A stretch of 64,000 nt of DNA from a virus. The notes beneath the pieces are model-generated. The model saw only the letters and a program-made list of their open reading frames with translations. It did not search any database and was not told the DNA's origin. The stretch spans positions 32,668 through 96,667 of the IMG/VR virus record IMGVR_UViG_3300050011_000393. One strand, 5' to 3'. The position numbers and the translations under genes are program-made. Positions 9,525-19,185 of the stretch are shown piece after piece (position 1 is the first letter of the stretch; each line of letters begins with the position of its first letter).

Positions 9525-11500
9525 TGATAATCTTACAGAACGGATTTCCGCAATCACCAAACGGGCTGATTGTCCCGAACGGGTCGATCAGGTTCCAGCT
9601 CAATACCGACGCGACGATTATCGCCGCGCCGTACGGATTTGTGTTCGCAGCGAATCCAGTCACTTTTCAATTCAACTCTGCAGGGCAGATCCAGCCGAAC
9701 ACTGGCGCATTCGCACAGATATGGTCCAATCAGGAGTTGAATCCTCAAAACACCTTCGGCCTCGGCACATATTACTTGGTGACGTTCTATGACCAGAATG
9801 GCGCTTTGCTGAACACGACTCCGCTCTGGTGGCAGTTTCCTGAAACAATCGGAACCACTGTTGACATCAGCAACATGACGGCCATCGCCACAATCGGCGG
9901 GAACATTATTTTTTACCCTACGAATTTTCTCGGCGGGACAGGAACCGTAACCAGCGTCGCGTTTGTCGGGGACGGCACAATCTTGTCCGCGACCCCATCG
10001 ACGGCCGTGACTACTGCAGGAAATATTTCTGCGACGCTGTTGACGCAGAGCGCCAATTTAGTGCTTGCGGGGCCTACGACAGGTATCGCGGCCTTACCAA
10101 CATTCCGCGCGATTACTCTCGCGGATCTTCCCGCAGGCATAAATATTTGGAATGATCTGGGCGCACCAACCGGAAACCTAGTCCTAGCGACCACGACTTT
10201 TAACACGACATTCACGTCGACGACTCCGACGATTTGGGCGTGGGCGAATATTACGGCCGCAACCAGCGGCGCGAATCAAAATTCTCCGGTTATTTCTTTT
10301 GCCGGAACGTATTGGACAGGCGCTACTAGTGCAAGCGATGCTTATTCCTTTCAAAATATAATTCCGCCGGGAATTAATCCAGCTACAATTTTTATTCTTG
10401 CCCATACAGGTTCAGGTGTTGGAAATTTCACCTTTAATGGGCAAGTAAATTTTGGATCCATCAATTCCGCGGCTAATATCACAGCCTCTACGAACATACG
10501 TGTTTCACCTACTACAGGCATAGCTACTAATATAGCTAATGTTAATTCCAGTGTGCTTTCCATAAGCGGGGCCTATTGGACAGGTTCTGTATCTGCTGCA
10601 GATACATGGACGTTTAATGATATATTGGGGACCGGAACGAATCCAACTTCGACTCTCACAATAACCCAAACCGGGTCTTCAGGCGTTGCCTTGGTTCAAG
10701 TAAATAGCAGTATTAACATTCCTACAGGAAGCACCTATCAAATTAACGGCGTACCTCTGAGTACTTCTAGTGCATTCAGTAGTTTAACGGGGGGTACGAA
10801 TTCCGCAGCATCTATGATTGTGGGAACAGGGGCCAGTTTAGGGATATCTGGGTCAGGAACAATCACAGCTACAGGATTGACGGGAACTCCCGCTATTACC
10901 GTTGGCGCGATCACTAACACCGCGATTACAGCGAGCGGTCTCATCACTGGGAAAGCAAACATCCAATTAGGTGTTTCAGGAACTACTTCGGGAGTGATTA
11001 CTCTAGAAGGATCTACTTCGGGGGCTTCTACTATCACGGGACCTGCGGTTGCGGGAACGATAACAAATCCCATTGCTTTTAGTAATGCTATTTCTATAGC
11101 TGAAACCCTGATGTTTAATAACACCTCTGGTACGCTAGGTCAAATTGTATTTGTGCCGAGTGGCGGCACTTACTTCGACTATTTGAACACTCTAAGTTTT
11201 CGATCTATTACAGATGGCCTAGCTTCACTTCTTGTTCTTGGAACGACAGCCGCAGCCGCTGTGACTGTCGCCGGAACAACAACGTCTTCGACTGTTGTGT
11301 TAACGGCAGCGACTCCAACTTCAACTACAGGGCAAGTCGGGCTAGGCACCACCGCGGGATTTGGAAACGGCACGCCAGCAACGCCGATGACAACTACAAC
11401 AAAGAGTACGGGGACGGGCCCAACTACACCGCAGACCATTGTGAACTATCTTGAAATTGATATCGCGGGCACGAAATATTGGATTCCGCTTGTTCAATAA
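9524..11500 (+). CDS. tail fibre protein
   Basis: GTVTSV, VLAGPT...PTFRA..ADLP, internal repeats, C-terminal YWIPL motif. Confidence 0.75.
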   Translation: MIILQNGFPQSPNGLIVPNGSIRFQLNTDATIIAAPYGFVFAANPVTFQFNSAGQIQPNTGAFAQIWSNQELNPQNTFGLGTYYLVTFYDQNGALLNTTPLWWQFPETIGTTVDISNMTAIATIGGNIIFYPTNFLGGTGTVTSVAFVGDGTILSATPSTAVTTAGNISATLLTQSANLVLAGPTTGIAALPTFRAITLADLPAGINIWNDLGAPTGNLVLATTTFNTTFTSTTPTIWAWANITAATSGANQNSPVISFAGTYWTGATSASDAYSFQNIIPPGINPATIFILAHTGSGVGNFTFNGQVNFGSINSAANITASTNIRVSPTTGIATNIANVNSSVLSISGAYWTGSVSAADTWTFNDILGTGTNPTSTLTITQTGSSGVALVQVNSSINIPTGSTYQINGVPLSTSSAFSSLTGGTNSAASMIVGTGASLGISGSGTITATGLTGTPAITVGAITNTAITASGLITGKANIQLGVSGTTSGVITLEGSTSGASTITGPAVAGTITNPIAFSNAISIAETLMFNNTSGTLGQIVFVPSGGTYFDYLNTLSFRSITDGLASLLVLGTTAAAAVTVAGTTTSSTVVLTAATPTSTTGQVGLGTTAGFGNGTPATPMTTTTKSTGTGPTTPQTIVNYLEIDIAGTKYWIPLVQ

Positions 11501-11504
11501 TTAA

Positions 11505-11523
11505 GACTTCTTTCCCCATAAGT
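11505..11523 (+). promoter_or_regulatory. late motif GACT-N8-CATAAGT
   Basis: GACTTCTTTCCCCATAAGT. Confidence 0.75.
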
Positions 11524-11551
11524 AGAGGGGTCATTCCCTCATCCAAAATTT

Positions 11552-12223
11552 ATGGCAACTGCTCCCATTTTCGGAGAAATCTACGTTCATATGAATGTAT
11601 CGAATGGGAAGAGCTACGTCGGTCAGACAACTGTCGGCATGGCGAAGCGGTGGGCTGGCCACATAAAAGAGCGGCGAAATCGAGTTTTTTCACATGCTAT
11701 TAGAAAGTATGGGGTTGAGTTTTTTGCCCATCAAGTTTTGTCTGTGGCGTCTTCCCAAGAGCAATTAGATAATTTGGAAAAACTCTGGATTATTCTTCTT
11801 CAAACCAAAACTCCAAACGGATATAACCTAACAAACGGAGGAGAGGCAGGAACTTTAGGGTATCGACATACTCCGGAATCTTTGGCTCTTATTACGGCAG
11901 CGTCAGCGGGGAGAAAAGCGTCTCCGGTCACTCGGGAAAAACTTTCCAAAATTCATATAGGTAAGAAAATGCCTCGCAGCGGGGTTGAAAAAATGGCGGC
12001 CAGCAAGCGCGGAAAAAAGCAGTCTTCCGAGACTATTGCTAAACGTTCAGCCGCGATGTCTAAAGTGATGCTAGGAAAAAAGAAATCCGATTCTCATCGT
12101 CGAAATATCGGATTAGCCCAAAAAGGTAAAAAGCAAACCGCAGAGCGTAAAGCAAATACATCAAAGGTTATGCAGGCGTGGTGGGATGCGAGAAAGAAGG
12201 TATCGCCATGGCCCGCCGCATAA
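11552..12223 (+). CDS. GIY-YIG homing endonuclease with NUMOD3 repeats
   Basis: GEIYVHMN..NGKSYVGQT, RW..H, NGYNLTNGGE, HTPES repeats. Confidence 0.9.
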   Translation: MATAPIFGEIYVHMNVSNGKSYVGQTTVGMAKRWAGHIKERRNRVFSHAIRKYGVEFFAHQVLSVASSQEQLDNLEKLWIILLQTKTPNGYNLTNGGEAGTLGYRHTPESLALITAASAGRKASPVTREKLSKIHIGKKMPRSGVEKMAASKRGKKQSSETIAKRSAAMSKVMLGKKKSDSHRRNIGLAQKGKKQTAERKANTSKVMQAWWDARKKVSPWPAA

Positions 12224-15200
12224 GCCAATCTGATCCGGCGCTAGAAATTCCGTTCTTTTTATCGGGATTTTACACGTTTAGATCTCAATTGTTCGCCCCG
12301 TACAAAGCAATTGGGGTGTCAATTGTGTCATATCACGACCCCGTGCTAGACGGCGCAAATTTTGAGAATACGGATCTTTTTGAATGGCAGCGCCGCCCCG
12401 GGTTCTCTCGATACTGTCCGACATTGTTGCCCTCCAATGAAGTGATCAACCAGTTTATGTTCTTTCGAAATTTGAAAGGACAGGTCGTAGATTATTTCGA
12501 TTCGACTGCCCGCTTGGCCACGTTCACATCAACTGGCGTGAACACCATTGTTGCGAAAACCACCACCGCACAGGGGTATATTTCCACGCTGGGAAACATG
12601 ACGTACTTTGCGGATGGAGCGGCCGCCGATTATTCCAAATCGGACGGCACTAATACTTCTGCGTGGGGCATCGCCGCGCCAACAATTGTCCCTACATCCA
12701 CAGGCATGGGGTTCTGGCAGCCAGAGGCTAAGTTCGTTCTTGGCGAGCCGATTCAAGATCCGAACGGTAATATCGAAGCAGTCTCCGCGATTCTGATTCC
12801 AAACGGCAGCGTGGAATCTCCTACTGCGTATACTGAACTGGCACTTGCTGGCGGCATCGGGGCCTGGGGGTCGGGTTCGATTACGGCAGGCAGCAACATC
12901 TCCCAAACCATTGTGACGGTAGGTCACACCAAATATTTGTTTTTATACGACTTCAATCTTTCCATTCCGGCAGGCGCAACCATTATAGGGATTTCGGCTA
13001 GCGTGCCTAAACAGATAATCGGCGGGACAGCGGTGGACCAATCCGTGAAATTGGTGGTTGGCGGTTCGGTGGTCGGGGCGGATCTCGCATCGGGCGCGCC
13101 ATGGAGCACCTCGGCTTTCGTAACTTCGATATACGGCGGCCCTACCAACACCTGGTCTTCATCCTTGACCGCAACGCAAGCGAGTACACAAGGCCCGAGT
13201 GGATTTGGTTTGGCGATTGCGGCCAATGTGACCAGCACGACGAACTATAATTTGGTGCAGAGCGGCACAAGCAATTCCTTCGTGTCCGCCAGCACGGTCT
13301 ATACCTTCCCGAATCCTGTGACGGTCGGAAACACCATTGTGATTGGTCTTTTGATGTTTCATGAGGGATTCGTTTCAATTTCCGATAACCATGGAAACGT
13401 GTATACTCAAGCCGTTTCAACGGTCAACGGTGAAGAGTATGTGGCAGTTTTTGTGGCCCCGGTTCTTACGACAGGCGCAACGACAATCACGGTTGTGACT
13501 AGCGGGCTGAATTTTAATACCATTACTGGTATTAACGCTCATGAATTTCATGGGGTTCTATCTGCTTCCGCGATAGCGACGACTGGAGCTAACAACACTC
13601 CCGCGTCACCATTTAATTCTGGGACGGTTACGGTTTCAAACGCGGACGATCTAATTTTCTCGTTTCTGTGGCAAAGCCCAGGAGCCACCATCCCAGTCGG
13701 ATATACCCGTGCGACAGTTCAAGATATCTACGATTCCCCGGGGGGCGCTCCTTTTACCGCGCAAGCCGCCGCAGCCTTCTACGCGCCTGGATCCACAGGG
13801 TCTTTTTCGCCAACTTGGAGTCAAGGTAGTATTGGCGTGACGGCGGTCCTCAAATCTGCGGAGAGCGCGACGGTTTCAGTCGGCGGCGGCGCTCCGAATT
13901 CCCCCATTATTACTATATATTACCAACTCCCGACGGGTGTCGGCCCCGGGTTCTCTGGCCCTACTGAACCGATTTGGTCTACTACGACTGGCGGCACGGT
14001 TAATGACGCAGGATTGGCCTGGACGAACTATGGTCCAGTCGAAATCTGGTTTCCGCTGACGAACTATCCTGTGCCTGTAGTCGTGCTCGATTCGAACGGG
14101 AATTTGCAATTAGCGACGACAACCACTAATCCTGTCGCGCCATGGGATTCCGGCACAGGGTATGCCGTGAATGCCGTGGTGTCTTATGGTGGCGGGTATT
14201 GGATCAACGTTCTGGGGGCAACGAATACAGGAAATCCCCCGAATAGTTTGGCCAGCACTGCAACTACGAGCGGCAGCACAACGATCACCACGGCATACTG
14301 GGCCGTGGCGTCTAATCCTGTTGTGACAGGCTTGATAGCTCCTGTCTGGCAAACAACTCTGGGTGCGCTTACCGTCGACGGAAATTATACATGGAAAAAT
14401 CTGGGACCAGGCTCTCCGCTGGCCAGTTTCGGGCATGCCTACGTCTATGGATATCGAACAGTATACGGGCATCTCTCGACCTGCAGTCCGTTCAGCAATA
14501 ATACGGGAGCCATTCTCGGGCCACTGAATGGCAGCATTTCATCCTACGCGATTTCATCGAACGTGGTCACATTCCAAGGAAGCAACAACTTTCAGATCGG
14601 TGATATTTTTACGGTCACTGGGCTGACCGTCGGCACGTATTTAAACGAGCAAGTTTTCACCGTAACGTCCGCTGTGCCGTCCGCGATCTTTCCGCTCACC
14701 TCAGTCGCGGTCAGCGGCAGCAACGTTCTGACGATTTTAGCGATAAACAATCTGGTTGTCGGTCAAACGGTCACGTTCAGCAACGTCGCGAACGCCACAT
14801 TTTTAAACGGGGTTACGGTCACCGTTCTCGCGAGCGGATTGAGCGCCACCCAATTCGAAGCTAACTTCACTCACGCATCCTACGGCGCAACGGCAGATAC
14901 AGGCAGCGTTTTGATTAACGGAAGCTGGACGGCTAATTTTGTTTTCGCGGACACAAGTTCCACGTCGGACTCAGGGACGGCCGCCCCACTTCTCTCGACT
15001 ATAGCCGGAGTCGGAACAGGCTCACCCCTCTGCAATTCTATCGCGGCCATCACCGCGTTCTCGGTCACGGCGAATATCATTACCCTGACCGCGAGTAATA
15101 ATTTTCAGCCCGGTCTGTGGGTCACGCTTACTGGACTGTCGGTTGCAACCTTCTTAAACGGGCAACAAGTGCAGGTTATAGCCGTCGATCAGCCTGTAGG

Positions 15201-16572
15201 AATTCAGAATACGTGGTTCCAGGTTTATTTCCAGACGCCGAATTCAGTACAAACGCCGGATGCAGGCACTGCGACATTTAACGCGGTGGAGATCTACCGC
15301 ACGTCCGACGGCGGCGGCACTTATTTGTTCGACGGCGCGGTCACAAACCCGGGCTTGAATTTGCCGTGGGTATTCGATGATTTTGTGATTGATGCTAACT
15401 TGGATATTTTGTTGATTGCTCCGCTGTACCACCAGAATGACCCGCCGCCGGGCGCACCAGGATCCTCGATCAATACGGTCGGGGCTCTGTCGGTTTATTG
15501 GCAAGGTCGGATTTGGTTGGTCGTCGGCAACTATGTATACTACACTTCAGGACCTGATTGCACGAACGGCATTCCGGAAGAGGCGTGGGCACCTGGAAAT
15601 CGGTTCCAGTTTTCAGGTCCTGTGATGAATTTGCAGCCGACCGCAGACGGTGTCGCCCTGCTTGTTTTCTTGGCCGACAGTGTTAACGCGATTCTGGGCG
15701 GTCCTGAGACGATTAGCTTCTATGCTTCGGATTTCCTGAGTAACTTTGGGATCTCCAGCTCTAACGCAATTTTCCGTGATGGGTCCACCATCGGTTTGTT
15801 CACGACACAGAAGCAATATTTTGAACTTCTCGGCGCGCAAAAAGACGATGTTGGCAAAAACATTTCGAATTACTTGGCGGCGAATTTCGCGGCGGCAAAA
15901 TCTTATGTTACTATGCATCGCAACGGTACGGATGTAGGGCTGTTCATTAGCAATGGAGTAGACCGCATCCTGCGTTTTGGGCCAGATGTTCCGTCCTGGA
16001 GCGTTCCTGCATTTCCTTCCTTCGGCGCAGGTGCGATCCGCTCGGTCGAGACTTCGGTCGGAGAGTACAGCCTGCTGTTGGCGACACCGAACGGCGGCCC
16101 GAATAATTATATTTATGCGCGCGATTTGAATTCATGGGGCGACAATAATACGACCCTTGGCGCAAATGACGGCGCGTCTTACCCCTCCTGCTATATCACG
16201 GTCGGCAGCATCACGTTGTCGCCTCTGGGAGGACGCGGATTCCCTCTGCAGCATGTATCAGGGTATTTCGACGCGGTCGGAACTCTCGCGAATGGCGGCC
16301 CATCGCAGCCCAACATTTGGATTCTGCCGAACGAAGTCAGCGGCACTTCAGGCATCGGATTTATTCAACTGCCCGAGGTTGTTCAAGAACCGCCACAAGG
16401 GCAAAATTATCCGTCGACTACGCTCTTGGCTTTACGGTGGAACGTTAATATGATGAACAGTAGTCTGGCATCGCAGTTCATGCATCATATCCAGGTGAAG
16501 ATCCAATTTGAGAGCGAAAACGCCCCTAACACTATCAAGGCGATTTCGTTCGGAGAGGATCAGTCCACATAA
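12208..16572 (+). CDS. large tail nozzle/stabilisation-like virion protein with multiple inserted beta domains
   Basis: N-term WQRRPG, WGIAAP, IYRTSDGG, C-terminal propeller-like part; precedes GNAT and internal virion genes. Confidence 0.65.
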   Translation: MARRISQSDPALEIPFFLSGFYTFRSQLFAPYKAIGVSIVSYHDPVLDGANFENTDLFEWQRRPGFSRYCPTLLPSNEVINQFMFFRNLKGQVVDYFDSTARLATFTSTGVNTIVAKTTTAQGYISTLGNMTYFADGAAADYSKSDGTNTSAWGIAAPTIVPTSTGMGFWQPEAKFVLGEPIQDPNGNIEAVSAILIPNGSVESPTAYTELALAGGIGAWGSGSITAGSNISQTIVTVGHTKYLFLYDFNLSIPAGATIIGISASVPKQIIGGTAVDQSVKLVVGGSVVGADLASGAPWSTSAFVTSIYGGPTNTWSSSLTATQASTQGPSGFGLAIAANVTSTTNYNLVQSGTSNSFVSASTVYTFPNPVTVGNTIVIGLLMFHEGFVSISDNHGNVYTQAVSTVNGEEYVAVFVAPVLTTGATTITVVTSGLNFNTITGINAHEFHGVLSASAIATTGANNTPASPFNSGTVTVSNADDLIFSFLWQSPGATIPVGYTRATVQDIYDSPGGAPFTAQAAAAFYAPGSTGSFSPTWSQGSIGVTAVLKSAESATVSVGGGAPNSPIITIYYQLPTGVGPGFSGPTEPIWSTTTGGTVNDAGLAWTNYGPVEIWFPLTNYPVPVVVLDSNGNLQLATTTTNPVAPWDSGTGYAVNAVVSYGGGYWINVLGATNTGNPPNSLASTATTSGSTTITTAYWAVASNPVVTGLIAPVWQTTLGALTVDGNYTWKNLGPGSPLASFGHAYVYGYRTVYGHLSTCSPFSNNTGAILGPLNGSISSYAISSNVVTFQGSNNFQIGDIFTVTGLTVGTYLNEQVFTVTSAVPSAIFPLTSVAVSGSNVLTILAINNLVVGQTVTFSNVANATFLNGVTVTVLASGLSATQFEANFTHASYGATADTGSVLINGSWTANFVFADTSSTSDSGTAAPLLSTIAGVGTGSPLCNSIAAITAFSVTANIITLTASNNFQPGLWVTLTGLSVATFLNGQQVQVIAVDQPVGIQNTWFQVYFQTPNSVQTPDAGTATFNAVEIYRTSDGGGTYLFDGAVTNPGLNLPWVFDDFVIDANLDILLIAPLYHQNDPPPGAPGSSINTVGALSVYWQGRIWLVVGNYVYYTSGPDCTNGIPEEAWAPGNRFQFSGPVMNLQPTADGVALLVFLADSVNAILGGPETISFYASDFLSNFGISSSNAIFRDGSTIGLFTTQKQYFELLGAQKDDVGKNISNYLAANFAAAKSYVTMHRNGTDVGLFISNGVDRILRFGPDVPSWSVPAFPSFGAGAIRSVETSVGEYSLLLATPNGGPNNYIYARDLNSWGDNNTTLGANDGASYPSCYITVGSITLSPLGGRGFPLQHVSGYFDAVGTLANGGPSQPNIWILPNEVSGTSGIGFIQLPEVVQEPPQGQNYPSTTLLALRWNVNMMNSSLASQFMHHIQVKIQFESENAPNTIKAISFGEDQST

Positions 16573-17051
16573 TGAAAACTACAGCAGATGACGCGCGGAC
16601 CTCTCAGCCAGGAGCAGTTCCTACAACTCCACTTGTATGGCCTGCGGACAGACAAAAATCTAATCAAATCCAACAAATTAAAGGGTCAGCCAAGCCGCAG
16701 GCCACTTTTGTGCTGCCGTCTACGCAACCGAATACGTCATATGTGCCCCCGCGCACCACGCCGCAGCATGTTTCGAATGTGCGGGTGATTTCCTCGAAGG
16801 CCGTTGCGGGAAATAAAACCGTAACGGTGCAATTCAACCACCCATCAAATGACCCTTATTTTTCAGGGGCGAACGTGTATCTCAGGCGCGCGGGACAGCA
16901 GCCGACTTTAGTTGCTTCGGGCGCGAAATCTCCCCTGACGTTCACCGTTCCGGTTCACTCCGCTGCGCACGTCATTCATGTCAGCTCGGTCGGGAATTGG
17001 GGAGAGACCAGTGTGGCGACCAGCCCTGCCCATCCAGTTCGTCTCGTTTAA
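16572..17051 (+). CDS. virion protein with FN3-like C-terminus
   Basis: PQHVSNV...FSGANVY...SVGNWGE pattern. Confidence 0.6.
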   Translation: MKTTADDARTSQPGAVPTTPLVWPADRQKSNQIQQIKGSAKPQATFVLPSTQPNTSYVPPRTTPQHVSNVRVISSKAVAGNKTVTVQFNHPSNDPYFSGANVYLRRAGQQPTLVASGAKSPLTFTVPVHSAAHVIHVSSVGNWGETSVATSPAHPVRLV

Positions 17052-17070
17052 GACTTATTCAACCATAAGT
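17052..17070 (+). promoter_or_regulatory. late motif GACT-N8-CATAAGT
   Basis: GACTTATTCAACCATAAGT. Confidence 0.75.
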
Positions 17071-17082
17071 AAGGGGCATCTT

Positions 17083-17559
17083 ATGAGCGCAACAGATGGT
17101 TGGAAGTTTCGGTTGGCGGGCCCAGAGGACGCTGAAGCGTTCACTCAGTGGACTTTAGCCAATCCGCAGATCGACCCGAAAGATATTGAAGCGGCTAAAA
17201 AAGACAACAACCCGACGGTGTTGTTTTTTGCTATTGAAAACGCGGATGGAAAAGTTATATCTTTTGCGCCCGTATATATTCAATCAGTTCTCGCACATTT
17301 AGTTTTTAACCCTGAAGCCAGCGGGAAAGAGCGGCTGAACGCTTTGCAGATGACGCTGAATGGTGTCGCATCTTTTTCGGTCGGGCTCGGGATTCGGGAA
17401 ATCACGACCCTGAGCAAACCAGAATACGGTGTTGCAAAGTGGGCAATGAAACACGGCTTTGAATTAGAGCCCAGGCAAGTTTTCAAGTTTGATATCAATA
17501 AGGTGCTCGCCGTAGCAAAGGAAGAAAAAGATGGCGTCGGTTTATCTACATACGAATAA
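17083..17559 (+). CDS. GNAT-fold acetyltransferase-like virion assembly protein
   Basis: FRLA..ED, G+ReI, WA.KHGF; syntenic position between nozzle and internal virion genes as in podoviruses. Confidence 0.6.
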   Translation: MSATDGWKFRLAGPEDAEAFTQWTLANPQIDPKDIEAAKKDNNPTVLFFAIENADGKVISFAPVYIQSVLAHLVFNPEASGKERLNALQMTLNGVASFSVGLGIREITTLSKPEYGVAKWAMKHGFELEPRQVFKFDINKVLAVAKEEKDGVGLSTYE

Positions 17560-17775
17560 AGATAACGGCGCAGTCTATATAACGCGGGACGCTTTCGAGC
17601 GGGGGTTCCGCCCTTGGTGCACTACTTGAAGGGGCATAAACCCTGGAATGCGGGATTGTCGATGAGGCATGGCGGGTCTTTTGGGGTAGGTCACACTCCA
17701 TATTGTAATCATCTAGGCGGATTTAATACTGGGACGGTTTGCAGTCGATGCGGAAAAGAAAAACCATGCGAATAA
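17531..17775 (+). pseudogene. internally deleted, frameshifted GIY-YIG/NUMOD3 endonuclease remnant
   Basis: MASVYLHTNKDNGAVYI in one frame, NAGRFRAG...KGHKPWNAG in another. Confidence 0.6.
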
Positions 17776-18491
17776 CGATTAATCCTGTGCTGGACATGGA
17801 GACTCTCTGCTGGGTATCTAATGGGGGGGTCTACGATTACGACGGCCCTTTAATGTTGGCTTGTTCTTCCGGCGGAAAAGTAGCGGCGAATGACCAAGCC
17901 CTGCAAGACGCAAATCTTGCAGCGAATACGAATTTCTTGAATGACGCGAAGACCTCTTTCGCGGAGCAGCAACAGATTCAAGCGAAGCAGACGGCTTTTG
18001 CGAATAACCTAATCGCGAATCCATTGGGATATACCGCGCCACAATTGGCGAACGCGAATACCGCTATCAACGAGAATTTTGCGAACGCGGCCAAGGGCGC
18101 GCTCGGGTCTGCGGCAGCTTTCGCGGCTGCGCATGGCAGTTCCGATATCGGCGGCGGCGCAACTGGACAAATAGCAGGACAAATTGGCGGACAAGCGGCA
18201 ACGGGGGCGGCCGCAGCACGCGCCTCACTCTCGCAACAGAATGAAGCCTTGAAGCGAGAAAGCATGTTGACAGGTTTACAGGAATTGAACACCGCAGGTA
18301 CAGGCGCGCAAGGCGCAGTCGGCGGATCAGTTAGTGGTGCGGGAACGACAGGCGAGACGACCACGAACGCAGGCACAGGTGTCACCGCCGCGCAACAAGC
18401 AGGATGGGGAGATGTTACAGGAGTTTTGAGCGGGATTAGTGGACTTGCAACCGCCGGGCTTTCGCCATTCAAAGCCAGCAAAACGATATAA
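17766..18491 (+). CDS. internal virion / DNA ejection protein
   Basis: A/G/Q-rich helical, YDGPL..C N-terminal motif, position. Confidence 0.6.
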   Translation: MRITINPVLDMETLCWVSNGGVYDYDGPLMLACSSGGKVAANDQALQDANLAANTNFLNDAKTSFAEQQQIQAKQTAFANNLIANPLGYTAPQLANANTAINENFANAAKGALGSAAAFAAAHGSSDIGGGATGQIAGQIGGQAATGAAAARASLSQQNEALKRESMLTGLQELNTAGTGAQGAVGGSVSGAGTTGETTTNAGTGVTAAQQAGWGDVTGVLSGISGLATAGLSPFKASKTI

Positions 18492-18504
18492 AAGGATTTT
18501 TATC

Positions 18505-19182
18505 ATGGCCGAAACAGTAAATCTTAAAAAATCATATTCTGCTCTAAACGAGAGCCTTGCGAAATTGTTTGATGAAAGCGGCGTTCGCCGAAGTTTTACG
18601 GTGCCCTATGTTTTGGGGCAGGAAATGAAGGACCACATCAACGCAGTTGGCACTGCTGCTTCGCAAAGCGGAGGACTGGCTACGAATTTTATCACGTCCG
18701 CGCATCATGCCGCAGGCAAAGGACACGGATCTGGTGACGGTCATACTCTCGGGCACCCTTCCGAGAAATTGCGCCAGACCATTATTCCGAAGGACGACGA
18801 GCGCGCCAAAGCCACCATCGAGGCGGCGCAAAAGTGCGTTAGCAATTTCAAATTTTTGCTCGGGGATGACGACCCGACAGTGAAGGAAGCACAAAGTCAA
18901 TTGGACTTGGTTAAGCCAACGTTTGGGGCAGGTATGAGCCTTTTTGACTTTGGTGTTTTGGTAATTAATATTTTGCATAAACCCACTCAAGCGGCGGCTC
19001 GAGCGCATAACGGCACCAAAGAAGGCGGCCACCAGCCGAGCCTTCGCGCGCCAGCCCAGCAGGAATCGCAACCAGAGGCGCAAGGCGAGGAGCAAGGGGA
19101 CGGTGGGGCATCAACAGACCAATCAGAGGCTCCCGCGTCTCAGGGGGCTTCGGACGCCGCGCCACAACAGGCGCAAGGATAG
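18505..19182 (+). CDS. hypothetical virion-associated protein
   Basis: ORF in injection module with AAGGA RBS. Confidence 0.6.
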   Translation: MAETVNLKKSYSALNESLAKLFDESGVRRSFTVPYVLGQEMKDHINAVGTAASQSGGLATNFITSAHHAAGKGHGSGDGHTLGHPSEKLRQTIIPKDDERAKATIEAAQKCVSNFKFLLGDDDPTVKEAQSQLDLVKPTFGAGMSLFDFGVLVINILHKPTQAAARAHNGTKEGGHQPSLRAPAQQESQPEAQGEEQGDGGASTDQSEAPASQGASDAAPQQAQG

Positions 19183-19185
19183 ATC

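Noticed and set aside
7458-11500. Diversity-generating retroelement acting on tail fibres
   Set aside because: No reverse transcriptase and no adenine-specific TR/VR pair seen
11524-12223. Group I intron around the GIY-YIG genes
   Set aside because: Flanking genes are complete and there is no room for a ribozyme core
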